Positions 39,715-54,847 are shown, numbered from the stretch's first letter. The stretch: DNA of 64,000 bases from Anaeramoeba ignava BMAN (GCA_028826165.1 JAPDFW010000087.1:62001-126000); one strand, 5' to 3'. Numbers and translations: made by a program. The notes: generated from the sequence alone by a model not told the origin.

Positions 39715-42700
39715 TTAAATATCAATTAAATTTAAACTTGTTAAACTTGGAGCTAATTGACGTTTTAATTCTCTAAACATTTTTGTTAATTTTGAATGCA
39801 AAGGACGAAATTCATCAGAAACAAGAGTATTATGTAACTTTAATCCTTCTTCAACAACTTCTTGTTGTTTTTTCAAAGCAAGTTTTAATCTGAAAACTAA
39901 AGGTTCATCATTAGGATTTTCAAGTAAATATTCATCAATAAAAAAAGCTTGTTGATATTTCAAAACACCTCCATTAACAGCAGCATCAATTACTCCATTT
40001 AATGACATTGTAAGTGGATTAAAGTTTTCATTTTGATGAGTTTTATAATGAAAAATTTTGTTCATCAATTCAATATTTTTATTTTCTGTTGTATTAACTG
40101 CGTTTTGAATTGGAGTTAAAATTTTGATTTTCTTTTCAACTGAACGTAATCTTCTTCTTACATTTGGAAATGGTTCTTCTAAAATTAAATATTCATTTCT
40201 TAACCATAAATCTTTAAATTCATTTTTGAGTGATTTATCTTTTCTAAAAGGTTTTGAATAAAGAAAAACATTGATATTTGTATTTTCTTTGTTTTGAATA
40301 ACTTGATATGGTATTTTAGAATCTATTTGAGATTCAAATCCATTTACCTAAAAATGTTAAAATTAATTTATAATATTAAAATTAAAATTAAAATTAAAAT
40401 TAATATTAATATTAAAATTAAAATTAAAATTAAAATTATTAATTTTAAAATTAATATTAAAATTAAAATTAAAATTAAAATTAAAATTAATATTAAAATT
40501 AAAATTAAAATTAAAATTAATTTATAAAATTGTTTTACTTCATCTATTGATGATGGTGCTAATGCTGCAACTTGTATATACATTCCTTCTCCTTCTTTTT
40601 GTTCTTGAGAAGGATCATCTGTTCCAATAATTGAACCAGGATATTTCAATCTAATTTTCTCAATAAATTCAGATACTCTTTCCAACAATTCGCCTTTATA
40701 AACAAATTCACTATCTTTCAAATCAATATATTTATCATCATCAAAACCCTTTCCATAATATCCAACTCTAAAATAAGAGGGATAAACTCTGCTATCATTA
40801 ACTAAATTACGAAATAATTCCAATTCTTTTTTCAAAGATTGTTGCAAATTTGTAAAATCAAATTTTGTGAATTCAAAATAATTAGCAAGTTCTCTATTAT
40901 ATTTAATAGCACTTTCCCAAGCTTGTCCTCTATTAAAACAACCAACAGCAAGCTTAATGATTTTTTGTTTTCGTTCTTCTGAAGTTTCTCTTGGAAATCC
41001 AAATTCTTTGGGTTCAATTTTTTGGGAACTCCATGGCAATAATTCTGAATATAATAAAAGTGTATTTCCTGATTCAATGCTATTATTAAATTGTTGGTTT
41101 AAATTGTATAACATTCTAATATATCTTGGAATCATGAAATATTGTTTTTTCTTTCTTAAAAATTCTATTAATCGAATTATTGCTTCTGATTTTTCATCTT
41201 CTAATCCTTGCAAATCTTGCTATTTTCTTTTAAAATCTTGAAATATTTTTAATTTTAATTGAAAGATTTATTTGAGCAATAATTTTCTTTTAAATTGATC
41301 AAGGAAAATTTTCCTAAAATTTAATTGATTATATTTGAATTTATATTTAAAATTTAAATTTATATTTAAATTTATATTAAAATTTATATTTAAATTTATA
41401 TTAAAATTTATATTTGAATTTATATTTAAATTTATATTTAAATTTATATTAAAATTTATATTTAAATTTATATTTGAATTTATATTAAATTTATATTTAA
41501 AATTTATATTAAATTTATATTTGAATTTATATTTAAATTTATATTTAAAATTTATATTTAAATTTATATTTAAATTTATATTTAAATTTATATTTAAATT
41601 TATATTAAAATTTATATTAAAATTTATATTAAAATTTATATTAAAATTTATATTAAAATTTATATTTAAAATTATATTAAAATTATATTTGAATTTATAT
41701 TTAAATTTATATTTAAATTTATATTAAAATTATATATTTAAATTTGAATTTATATTAAAATTTATATTTGAATTTATATTTAAATTTATATTTGAATTTA
41801 TATTAAAATTTATATTTAAAATTATATTTGAATTTATATTTGAATTTATATTAAAATTTATATTTAAAATTATATTTAAATTTATATTTAAAATTTATAT
41901 TTAAATTTATATTAAAATTTATATTAAAATTTATATTTAAAATTTATATTAAAATTTATATTAAAATTTATATTAAAATTTATATTTAAATTTATATTTA
42001 AATTTATATTAAAATTTATATTTAAATTTATATTAAAATTTATATTTAAATTTATATTTAAATTTATATTTGAATTTATATTAAAATTTATATTTAAATT
42101 TATATTAAAATTTATATTTAAAATTTATATTAAAATTTATATTAAAATTTTCTACTTTTTTTTCAAGCTTGGAATTATATTGAAATTTATCAATCATATA
42201 AGGAAAAAATGTCTTCTCAAACTTATTATAATTTCCTTTCTTCATTGCTTTATCAACAATTCCCAAAGTATTTTGTTCAACAGTAGCAAAATCACCAGTT
42301 TTCGAAAATTCAAAAGCAATAGTTTCATAATATAATTCAAGACCAATTGTTTGCAATCTTGAATTATCCAACAAAATAAAAGAAAGAAACGAATCAACCA
42401 AATCAGGCATTAAATCCAAACGATTATCACCACAAGTCATCCACATTCTTTGTACAATTTTAGCTACTTCTTGCCTCATATCTCCTTTACTATCCAAAAT
42501 ATTACGTTGAGTTGTATAACTTGGTAAAAGTTCAATTTGAAGATCATCAGCACTGATAAAATTCACACAAAGTAAGAAGAATTTCAACCAAAGATCCTTT
42601 TGGTAATTTTCTTCTGTTTGCCTCAATAAAATCTTGACCGATCTCCGGATGATCTTCAATATTATTGAATAATGGAAAAGTTGTATTTCTGTTGCATTTT

Positions 42701-45700
42701 GAGAGAATATTTTGTTTTTGCGAGATTGTGTAAAAAATTCAAACAATTCAACAAGAACAAGTTTGTTCAATGATTCATGATAATGTGTTTCTGAAATAAT
42801 ACTAAGTAAATAATCCAAACTTGAGAATTTCAAAAAATGAAACATTGAGAGTAAAATTGAAACAATTTCTTCTTTTAAATCATTTTTTTCCTTGAGAATA
42901 TCCATATATTCTATCTCTTGATCTTGTGTGGTTGATGTTTTATCAGTAATTTCCTTGATAATCAAATTATTTTCTTGGAATGCCAACATTAATAAAGATG
43001 GAAATTGAGCAAGTGCATTAAGTTGGACTTTGAAGATTTCATCTTTTTCTAAAGAAGTTGATTTTTCCTCTGTTGTTATTTTTATTTGCTCTTGGATTTG
43101 AGATGAAGTTTGTTGGCTTTGTTGATTTTGTATCTTCATTAAAATATTGCGTAGAATTGTTACTGATTTTGAAATATTTTCTTCATGAACCAAAATATTT
43201 TCTTCAACTCTTCTCAATAAAAACGGCAATATATTGTATTGTGATTTGGGCGAATCCATAAATACACCATTTGAAAACTCGATCAGGAAGTTCATTTTCT
43301 CATCATCCAAGCCTCTTCTTCCTGCAGAAATGCTTTGGAATATTGATTCCACAAATGAAATGATGATTGTGACATCAAATACTTTTGTTAATTCAACTGT
43401 GATTGGATATAATTTCTTCAAAGCCAAGACTTGTGCTCCATTAATCCAATCAGGTTTCAAACGCTGAAACAAAAGATTAATAGCTTCCAATAATCGAACC
43501 ATATCTTGCTGGAATTTTTCGTTATTTCCAGAATCTGGATTGATTTTGGTTTCAAGTATTCTTGAATTAATTATTAATATAAACAAATATTCCATTTCTT
43601 TGATTGCTTTTCTTGTTTGAACTCCTGTTTCTTCTTTATCTGAGTTTTCGATATAATCCAAAAGTTGCTGAATAAACCACGAATAAATTTTGGATAAATA
43701 TTTCTTTTTTTCTTGGTCTTGTTGAATAAAAAATCTATCGTTAATATAATCTTCCAAAATAACTCTGAAAATTTGGAAATTGGCTTCAATAGAAGAACTA
43801 ATAGAAATAAATCCATCGAAAATGATTTTTTGCACTTTTTCTCCATATTCAGTAACTATTGCGAAAAGATTATCAAAAATTGCTCCAACAAACTATAAAG
43901 CAAAGGATGAAATTAAATTAGAGTATATATAAATATTAAATTATAAAAAATGTTTTGTGTTTTTTTGTAGATAATCATTATAATACGGGAAGTATTTCCC
44001 AGGGACTAAGTGATGTAACGTTGTTCATTGAATCTGAAAGTTTAGTTGTATCGTTGATTGTTATTGTTTGTTTCCAATTAAAAAACTGTGTTAATTCAGG
44101 AATTTGTGCGATCATTGTTGAACACAAATTGTAGTTCACATTTAGTGTATCTTTTGTTGGTAATATTTTGTTTTTGGATGTTGTTGATACTGTTTGTTTT
44201 AAATATAATTTGGGATCTGATTTAGCTTGATGTTTATAAACTGTTAAACTTTCATCTCCTTGATTTAGGATTACTCCATTTTCATAAATAAATTTATAAC
44301 AATATCCAAAAACTTTTTCCGGTTTTTCTTTTAAAAAAAAAATTTTTGAAATTATAAAATTTTAAAATTGGAATTAGAATTTGAATTTTGAAATGAGCAA
44401 AATACTTGGATCATTTGGACAACTAACAAGTGTAAAAAATAAATGAGCTCCTCTTAATAAATGAGGAGGTAAATTGATTCTAATAAAGGAATTATATATT
44501 GGGTCTAATCGATGATAATAAACAACACTATCCCATGAAGAAATGGGATTTAATTGATCTCCAGCAAATATTCCATTTGGAATAACAGTTCCTTTTTCAT
44601 TTCGTATTTCCATTTCAATTTTAATGTTTTTGGTTTTGGAAGTGTGGAAAGCTCCCGATTTTATTGTTAAAAATAAATTGTTAATAATTTGTGAAGGTAA
44701 AACAAGTTTGGGAAGTTTCATGTTTCTTGTATTAGTAGCAAATTTTCGATCAGGAAATAAATCAAGTTCTTTTTTTGGTTGAAGTGTTAATTTGACTGTT
44801 AAGTATTTATTATCATGAAATACTCTTGGATCGTCTTGAGAAATTACTAAAATTCAATTAAACATAAATATAAATAAATATATATATATTTTTTTGATTA
44901 ATTTTGGATTTCGAGTTTTTACATTCATTCATAATTGGAAAAACTGCTTCTTGTTGTGGCAAATGAATTTTCATAACAATTTCTTGTGTTCTATTTTTAT
45001 ATCCTGTTAATAAATTACTTGAAAATTGTAAAGAACTTAATCCAAATGGTCTTTGATATTTTGGAGAATGTTCTTCAATTTTCTTTTTGGCTTTTTTTTC
45101 TTTTAAAACCATATCACCCACTCTAAATACTTTGCAAATTAATTGATGATTATCGATTTCTTGATGTGCAATATCCTTTTATTTTTATTTTTATTTTTAT
45201 TTTTAATTTTTTAATTTTATTTATTGATTTGAATATATTTTTTTTAGATACTTCAAATTCAACAAATTTTGGAGAATCTGGATTAGTAATTGGTTTATGA
45301 TTTTGATCTAAATATAATGGATATTCTTCAGTTACAAAAGCTTTTTTCTCTGTATTATATAAAGAAAATAATAATAGCAATGGTTCTTTAAGTTGAATTA
45401 AAACTGACTATTTTTGTTTTGAATAAAATCAAATAAATCAGAAAAAAAATATTTTGAAATGATAAAATATTTATACTTTGAATTCAAGAAACAATGAATA
45501 ACAAATTTCTTTGTCTTCTCTCGAAATTTCTTTTGAGGATTTAATAAGATCTAAAATATCAAGTGGTTTTTGTTTTTGTTTTTGCTTTTCTTGTGCTTTT
45601 TTATAAAGTTTATAATAATCAAGAAAATTAGTATTATCATCTTTAGCAATCCAACCTTTTGCATTTCTAGGAGGATTTGGAATATTTAAATCTTTATTTT

Positions 45701-47726
45701 GTTCTTCGATTGTTTTAATAACTTCATTTTTCAAAGCGATTAAATTTTCCTATTTTAAGGAATCGATCCAAAAATTTAATTCAAAAATTTGATTCAACTT
45801 GAATTTAAAAATTACTTTTGATAAACGAGGTTTTAGCATTGTTTTCCTTAAACTTAAAAGATTGTTAATTTGTTGAATAATTGACTTAACTTCAGTAATT
45901 TTCTTTTGTTTTAAAAGATGAAGTTTTATATCTTTCCATTCTTGAATTACATTTTCAATTTCTAAAATAATAGGGTCTAATTTTATATTTAAATGAAATT
46001 CTGATTGCATAACTTCTTCCATTGGTGGCATTTCTCCTTCAAGAAGTTCAATAAAATTTACTGGAAATAATCCAATTCTTCCTGAATTAATGCATTTTCC
46101 TCTATACCAACCTACGCATTCTTCTTTAATTTCAACATAATCTCCAATTTGAAGTGGTAATTGATTTAATGATTTTGGAACAAAATTATAAAGTGCTTTT
46201 TCATAATTTTATTAATAATTTTATAAATAATTTTATAATTAATTTTATAAATAATTTTATAAATAATTTTATAAATAATTTTATAAATAATTTTATAATT
46301 AATTTTATAAATAATTTTATAAATAATTTTATAAATAATTTTATAAATAATTTTATAAATAATTTTATAAATAATTTTATAAATAATTTTATAAATAATT
46401 TTATAAACAATTTAATAAATAATTTTGTAAACAATTTTATAACCAATTTTATAATTAATTTTATATATAATTTTATATTTAATTTTATATTTAATTTTAT
46501 ATTTGATTTTGTAAACAATTTTATAATTAATTTTATAAATAATTTTATATTTAATTTTATAAATAATTTTATAAATAATTTTATAAATAATTTTTATAAA
46601 TAATTTTATAAATAATTTTATAAATAATTTTTATAAATAATTTTAATAAATAATTTTATAAATAATTTTATAATTAATTAATTTTATATTTTAATTTTAT
46701 AAATATTTTTATATTTAATTTTATAAATAATTTTTATAAATAATTTTATAAATAATTTTATAAATAATTTTATAAATAATTTTATAAATAATTTTATAAT
46801 TTAATTTTATAAATAATTTTATATTTAATTTTATAAATAATTTTATAAATAATTTTATAATTTAATTTTATAAATAATTTTATATTTAATTTTATAAATA
46901 ATTTTATAAATAATTTTATATTTAATTTTATATTTAATTTTATATTTTAATTTTATAAATTAATTTTATAAATAATTTTATAATTTAATTTTATTAAATA
47001 ATTTTATAAATAATTTTATAATTAATTTTATAAATAATTTTATAAATAATTTTATAAAATAATTTTATAATTAATTTTATAAATAATTTTATAAATAATT
47101 TTATAAATAATTTTATAAATAATTTTATATTTAATTTTATAAATAATTTTATTAATAATTTTATAAATAATTTTATAAATAATTTTATAAATAATTTTAT
47201 ATTTAATTTTATAAATAATTTTATATTTAATTTTTATAAATAATTTTATATTTAATTTTATATTTAATTTTTATAAATAATTTTTATATTTAATTTTATA
47301 AATAATTTTATAAATAATTTTATAAATAATTTAATAAATAATTTTATAAATAATTTTATATTTAATTTTATAAATAATTTTATAAATAATTTTATAAATA
47401 ATTTTATATATAATTTTATATTTAATTTTATAATAATTTTGTAAACAATTTTGTAAACAATTTTGTAAACAATTTTATAAACAATTTTATAAACAATTTT
47501 ATAAATAATTTTATATTTGATTTTGTAAATAATTTTATATTTAATTTTGTAAACAATTTTGTAAACAATTTTGTAAACAATTTTATAAATAATTTTATAA
47601 ATAATTTTATATTTAATTTTATATTTAATTTTATATTTAATTTTTGTAAACAATTTTGTAAACAATTTGATATTTTATATTTAACTTACAAACACCATAT
47701 CTTTCAAATTTTCTCCAATAATCCAT
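39715..47726 (-). CDS. DOCK-family (DOCK-A/B type) Rac GEF: SH3, DHR1/C2 and DHR2; multi-exon
   Basis: SH3 (YGVSLYNF..GWYRG..GLFPVNFI), C2/DHR1 (SVVYYHRLDP..HLFF), DHR2 (YFRVGYYGKGF, EFVYKG, PIQNAV, LNGVIDAAVNGG). Confidence 0.93.
41335..42145. repeat. 12-mer microsatellite filling a DOCK intron
   Basis: (AAATTTATATTT)n-like periodicity. Confidence 0.85.
46200..47660. repeat. (ATAAATAATTTT)n 12-mer filling DOCK intron 1
   Basis: Direct periodicity between the GTAAGT donor near 47689 and the AAG acceptor near 46195. Confidence 0.85.
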
Positions 47727-48042
47727 TTTAAAAAAGAAAAATTTATTTTTTTTTGGTTAAGTTTGTGAATTTTTTTTTTTTTAATAAAAGAGAAAAGAAG
47801 AAAAAAAAAAAAAGAGAAAAATGAAAAATGAAAAATGAAAAATGAATTTTGGAAAATTTAAAAACAAAAATAAGTAAAAAAGAAAAATAAATTCTAATTT
47901 GATCCTTTTTTTTCTTTTGAAAATAAAAAATAACAAAAACAAAAATAAAAAGAAATTTTTTTCAATTTTTTTTTCATTTTTTTTCATTTTCATTTTTCAT
48001 TTTTTTTACTACTTTTTTTTCTATTTTGTTTTTTTGAATAAA

Positions 48043-49527
48043 ATGGCTGATGTAAGTTTAAAAAACCACATTAAAAAGAAAGACGAAAATTTTTAAAAAA
48101 AAAAAATCAAAAACAAAAAAATTTAATCAAAAAAAAATTTAATAGCAAAATGGAGATGAAGAAATTGAAGAATATGAAAATTGGGAGCAATTTTATGAAG
48201 AATCTGAAAAGAAAAAAATTCAAGAAGATAAACAAATTATGGATGATTTAAAACAAAAAGCAGATCAAATGAATGAATTTATTAAACTTTTAAAAACTAT
48301 GAAAAAACAATCAATTTCTGTTAAAACTTCTTCACAAAGTTTTTATTATTCTTCTTTATTAAACCAAAAAAAAAAAGAATTATTTTTTATTGAATTTTGA
48401 AAACTTTTTTGTTTTTAGATCACCAACAAACAGAACAAAATCTTTCAACTACTCTTCAGAAATTTATTGAAATAGAAAAGACTGAAAATGCATTAAGTAT
48501 TAATATTAATTTTAATTTTGATTATAATTTTAATTTTAATTTTAAATTTAAATTTAATTTTAATTTTAAATTTAATTTTAATTTTAATATTAATTTTAAT
48601 TTTAATTTTAATTTTAATTTTAATATTAATTTTAATTTTAATTTTAATTTTTAATATTAAATTTAATTTTAATTTTAATATTAAATTTAATTTTAATATT
48701 AATTTTAATTATAATTTTAATTTTAATATTAATTTTAATTTTAAAAAGAACCTGCAGTTGAGAAATTGAAAAATTTACTTGATTCATTTACTGAATTTTG
48801 GAAACAAAATATTGATGAACAAGTTATAGTTAATTTAAAAGATTTTGCAGATGAATCCCTTAAAAAAAATATAAAAGCAGCACTTGTAAAAATTTATTAA
48901 AATTTAAAAATTAAATTTATTAAAAATTAAAAATTAAAAATTAAAAATAATAAAGGAAGCAAAAAAGAAAGCAGAATCTGCACGTAAAATTTATATTTCT
49001 GCAGTTAATCGATTTAATTCACTTGCCAAAAAAGAAAAATTAGAACCAAATAAATTTATTGCTGTAAGAAAAAATTTTTTAATAAATAAAAAAATTTCGA
49101 AATCGGAAAAAAAAATTTTTAATAAAAAAAATTTAATAGAGTTTAAAAAATGTTCGTGAAACAAGAAATTCATTTGAACATCTTAGAAATGCAGCACAAT
49201 TTGCTTTTAGAAGTATTGATATGTTAAGAGAAGCTCAAACTCTTTTACAATTTTGCAATTATATGGAAAATTTTTCAGAACTTTATCAAAAAGGATATGA
49301 ACAAATGTATTCAGTTGAACAATATATTGCTCAATTACAAGATTATGCAAATCAAGTAAATTAATTTAAATTGAAAAAAATTTGAAAAAAATTTAAATTG
49401 AAAAAAATTTCCGTTTTTTTTTTTAATTAAAAAAATAATTTAGCAAAATCAAAATTTACAACAAACTGTTGATCGAAGAAAGGAACAATGGGCAAATGCT
49501 GCTATTGAAGATTTGGAACTTAATTAA
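48043..49527 (+). CDS. BAR-domain-only helical protein (7 exons; first coding exon is 9 nt, MAD)
   Basis: GT-AG splicing by hand gives an open ~280-aa helical protein. Segments ...LKDFADESLKKNIKAALEAKKKAESARKIYISAVNRF...FCNYMENFSELYQKGYEQM...LQDY resemble ACAP/ASAP-type BAR domains. Confidence 0.65.
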
Positions 49528-49739
49528 TCCAAAAAAAAACTTTTTTGCTTTTTTGCTTTTTTTAAAAAAAAAAATGTCAAATTTTTGGAAAAATTTTTTT
49601 AAAAAAATAATTCTTTTTTTTTTCTTGTTAAATTCAACTAAATTTTTTAAAAAATTTGACAAATTAATTTCAATCAAAAAAAAATTAAAATCAATCAAAA
49701 TTCAAAACAAATTTTTTTTTCCATTTTTTTTTGATCAAA

Positions 49740-50260
49740 ATGGAAAATAAATTGGAAAACAAATTAGAAAATAAATTAGAAAATAAATTAGAAAATAAAT
49801 TAGAAAATAAATTAGAAAATAAATTAGAAAATAAATTAGAAAATAAATTAGAAAACAAATTAGAAAATAAAATGGAAAACAATTTAGAAAATAATTTAGA
49901 AAATAAATTAGAAAACAAATTAGAAAATAAATTGGAAAATATTTATCAAATTCAACTAAAATTAAATCAAAAATTGTTTAATAATTTTAAAGAACAAAAA
50001 ATGAAAGGTTTGTTTATTTATTAATTTTTGATTAAAAAATTTTCTCAATTTCAAAAAAAAAAAAATTTTTTTCTTTTTTAGTTTTTGAAAGATTTCTCAA
50101 AAAAAAAGAAGAAATTTCATTAAGAAAAAAAAATAATAAAACTCAAAATCAAATTATGATTCATTTAGAAAAATCAGATTATAAGACATCTCATTTATTA
50201 AATTCAATAGAAGGATTAGATTATATTGAAAAAAAACTTGAAAAGAAGAAGATGATTTGA
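49740..50260 (+). CDS. Small hypothetical coiled-coil protein with (LENK)n repeat; one intron
   Basis: ATG at 49740. The G|GT donor near 50008 and TTTTAG acceptor near 50081 give an open frame to TGA at 50260. Confidence 0.5.
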
Positions 50261-50369
50261 AAAAAAAAAATTAAAAAAATTTAAAAAAATTAAAAAATCA
50301 TTTTTTTCTTTTCTTTTCTTTTAAAATTTCTTTATTTTTTATTGTTAATTTTAATTTTTTTATTTTGAA

Positions 50370-53300
50370 ATGACTTCTCCTGAACAAAAAGAAAAAATTT
50401 ATGAATGGCTTGAAGAAATTATTGGTGAAGAAGTTAATAAAACAACAAACGAAAAAGATTTTGCAATTATTTTAGCAAGTTTAGCAAATCAATTAATTAC
50501 AAAACAAATTCCTGATAACAAAATCGAAAAGTAAAAATTAAAATTAAAATCAAAATTAAAATTAAAATTAAAATTATAATTAAAATTAATATTGAAATTA
50601 AAATTAAAAATTAAAAATTAAAAATTAAAATTTGTTCTTTTTCTTTTCTTTTAAAATTAAAATTAAAATTAAAATTAAAAATTAAAATTAAAATTAAAAT
50701 TAAAATTAAAATTAAAATTAAAATTAAAATTAAAATTAAAATTAAAATTAAAATTAAAATTAAAATTAAAATTAAAATTAAAATTAAAATAAAAACAACA
50801 AATTAAAATTAAATTTTATAATTAAAATTAAAATTAAAATTAAAATTAAAATTAAAATTAAAATTAAAATTAAAATTAAAATTAAAATTAAAATTAAAAT
50901 TAAAATTAAAATTAAAATTAAAATTAAAATTAAAATTAAAATTAAAATTAAAATTAAAATCAAAAATTCATTTTATAATTAAAATTAAAAATAAAATTAA
51001 AATTAAAATTCATTTATATAATTAAAATTAAAATTAAAATTAATATTAATATTAAAAAGAAACTCGCCAACAAAAAATATCCAATTCTTTTTTACAACAT
51101 GCAAAAAATTTGGAGTTCAACCTAAATACTTAAAAGACAAAAAAAGAGGAGGATTATTAAACGCAGTATTTCAACTATCACTAATAATCAAAAAATGGGA
51201 AAAAACATCAATGAAAAAAAGTCGAAAACTTCCTGTTTCAATTTTAGATGGACATTTAAAATTGCTTTCATCATCAGAATTATTCATTGAATCAGAGGAA
51301 ATTTTCTTACTTACACCCTCAGAATTAATGCAATTTTCCTGCTCAGATATTGCGAAAATTGCGAGACATCCAAAACACAAAACAACTGTTCGTCTCACTT
51401 TTACTGATAAAAGAGCTATTGTGATTAAATTTGTCACTCAATTACATACAAACTCTTTTATTAAAAGAATAAATGCTTATCGTCATAAAGATAAAGAATC
51501 AGGCAATGAAAGTGAAAACTCGGAAAAAACTTCCAAAAATAACCAAAAATCTCAAGAAAAAGATCCAAATTCTGAAAAATCTGATTTTGTAACTGACACT
51601 GAAAATGAAACTCAAAGTGAAAATGAAAATGAAAATCAAAATCAAAATCAAAATCAAAATGAAAAAGAGAAAGAAAAAGAAACTGAAAATGATAAAGTTG
51701 AAAAATCATCCAAAAAGAAAAATTCACAACAAGCAAAAAAACCAACTAAAAAAAATCCAAAAGCCAAAACAAATCCAAAAACAACAAACAAGAAAAAAAA
51801 GAAAGAAAGTTCAGAAGATGAAGATGAAAACAATATCACTGAATGCTCATTATTTTCTCCACAAAAAAAGAGCAAAAAACCAACTAAAAGATTATTCAAT
51901 GTGACGGTTACAAATCGATCACGGAAGAATTTATATCCAGCAATTCTCCATTTTCAGAAGGAAAAATTCCGAATCAAAACCCCGACAAAACGATTCTTTG
52001 TGAAATATAATACTGATTTCCGAATTGCATTTGAAAAAACAACTCAAAGATATGCCAAAATTTCTACTCCTCAAATCAAAGAATTAATTGTTCGTTTTGT
52101 TTCTAAAAAAGAATTCCGTTTATTCTCGGAAATGTATTTATATTTAAAAAAAAACTTTGAAAATCCATCAGATGATGAAGAAAAAGAAAAAGAAGAAGAA
52201 AAAGAAAAAGAGAATGAAAATGAAAAAGAGAATGAAACTGAAACTGAAACTGAAACTGAAAATGAAAATCAAAATCAAAGCGAAACTGAAAACAGTCAAA
52301 ATGAAGAAAATAAAAATTCGGAACAAAATCAAGATCAAGAAGTAATGAAACAATCAAATGTACAGAATATACAGCAAACACCTGAACCTAATCAAGAAAC
52401 ACCTAAACCCAATGGAGAAACAAATCCCAATTCCGAATTGGATGAAGAAAATATTTCAAGAGAATTTGAAAGTGAAGCTCCAAGTGATCTGGAATCTCTT
52501 CAAGAATCCGAGCTTAGCAGTGATGCTCAAGATTCTGATGAGAAAAATGTTTTTGATAGCGAAGCAGAGAGTCAAGATGAAATTGAAGAACCTTTAAGAA
52601 ACAGTTATTCCCAAAATCAAATTCAAGTTCAAAAGCCTCGATTTACTTCACAAAAATCCAATGATTTTAGTCAACTTTTGCGCAAAAATTCAAATACAAA
52701 TGATATTTTTATTGATCCAAAGGAACTTGACCAATTTTATCAAGTAATCAACACATATAACGGGAAAATTGTGAATAAAAATCTTGAAGTATTAAGTCCA
52801 GTTACTCTTATTGTAACACAATATCATGTTATACTTCGGACACATGAATTTCATCAACAGCAACTTTTGTCATTAGATATAAGTTCAGGAACTCATTCAA
52901 ATCATCGAAATATCGTGAAAATTAAAACACCTGATTTTTCAAGTTCTTTTATTGCATTTTCTTCTGTTGATGATGCTTTATCTTTTAAGAATAGTTTTAA
53001 ACAATCAAAAACCAATTGTCAAAATCTTCAAATTAATGAACCAATTCAAGAAGATCAAGAATATTATCCGAAAAAAGAAGGATATGAAATGGATGAAAGA
53101 AATACAAATAAATTAACACAAAAATCAAGATCAATGCAAGCTATTCCAACAAGAACGAATGATGATAAAGAAGAAAAAGAGAATCAAATGATGAAAAAAA
53201 ATCAAAATACATTAACAAGAAGTCAAACATTGATAGTAAATCCACAAGTGAATAATATGCTCAATGAAGATCAACAAAATCAAAATACATTAACAAGAAG

Positions 53301-54306
53301 TCAAACATTGATAGTAAATCCACAAGTGAATAATATGTTCAATAAAGATCAACAAAATCCAAATCCAAATATTCAAAATCCCAATCAAAATCCAAATCCA
53401 AATATTCAAAATCCCAATCAAAATCCAAATCCAAATATTCAAAATCCCAATCAAAATCCAAATCCAAATATTCAAAATCCAAATCAAAATATTCAAAATC
53501 AAAATCAAAATCCAAATCAAAATCAAAATCAAATTATTCAAAATCAAAATCAAAATCAAAATCAAAATCAAAATCAAAATATCAAAAATATTGAAAGAGA
53601 TAATCAAATCAATAACCAAGAAACACCAAAACCTCCAATTTCAGAAAACCCAGGTGAAAGAATACCTTGTGAAATTGTAATTCGAAAACCTGTTAAACGT
53701 AGAGAAAGTGGAGAAGTTTTCATTGATGATTATACAATATCACTCAAATCAGTCAGCACAAGTATTACTGCAAATTTTGAAAACAGAATCAAAATGGCAA
53801 GTCATCCAAAAGATAAAACACTTCTTCGTGTTAATTTTCCAAATCACGATGCAATTATTCTTGCTTTCCAATCGGATCAAGTTCGAAGAAAAGTTTTATC
53901 ACTTGTTTCTCATGGTCGGAAATTGTTCAAAAAAACTGGAGTCAAAAACCCAATATCAACAAATAATTCTCAGCAATCAAATCCAAAAACTGAGAATCAA
54001 AATTCGCAAGTTTCGAAAGTGGATCATTTTTATGTTGATATTGTTTCAAAACAATTTGTTAAACAAAATGCTGCAGAATTAATTTTTTATAAGGATTTTT
54101 TCAATCTTGTTATTTCTTCTCAAGCTCCAATTACTGCTGATTATTCTAGAAAGCAATTAAGTGTTTTTGTACATCCTAAATTTAAGAAAATTGCTAGGCT
54201 TCAATGTCTTGGAACAAGTTATTTAATGGAATTTACTACAGAAGAAAGAAAGATTCAATTTTTGGAAAAATTGAAAGATAAAAAGAAAGAAAAAGGATTT
54301 CAATGA
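50370..54306 (+). CDS. Calponin-homology-like N-terminus followed by five PH-fold-like repeats separated by low-complexity linkers; intron ~50531-51059
   Basis: KIYEWLEEIIGEEV...ILASLANQL...KNIQFFFTTCKKFGV is CH-like. It splices in frame to ORF 51211-54306, which carries five similar ~85-aa modules. Confidence 0.7.
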
Positions 54307-54847
54307 AAGCCAAACATTTAATTCAAAATTCAATTCAATTTAATTCAATTCAAAATTAAATTTTATTTCAATTAAAAATTCAATTTAATTCAATTCAAAA
54401 TTCAATTCAAAATTCAATTCAAAATTCAATTCAATTCAATTCAAAATTCAATTCAATTTAAAATTCAATTCAAAATTCAATTTAAAATTAAATTTTATTT
54501 CAATTAAAAATTCAATTCAAAATTAAATTTTATTTCAATTAAATTTAATTCAATTCAATTTAAAATTCAATTCAATTCAAAATTCAATTCAATTCAATTC
54601 AATTTAAAATTTAATTCAAAATTAAATTTTATTTCAATTCAAAATTCAATTCAAAATTTAATTTAATTTAATTCAAAATTTAATTCAATTCAATTTAAAA
54701 TTAAATTCAATTCAAAATTCAATTTAATTCAATTCAAAATTCAATTCAATTCAATTCAATTCAAAATTAAATTTTATTTCAATTTAAAATTCAATTCAAA
54801 ACAAAATTTCAAACAAAATTCAATTAGAAAATTCAAACAAACAAAAA

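Noticed and set aside
41215-41315. DOCK exon start with no continuous open frame (possible pseudogene or odd intron)
   Set aside because: It borders a long microsatellite intron and looks like low-quality consensus. The rest of the gene, including the DHR2 motif, is intact.
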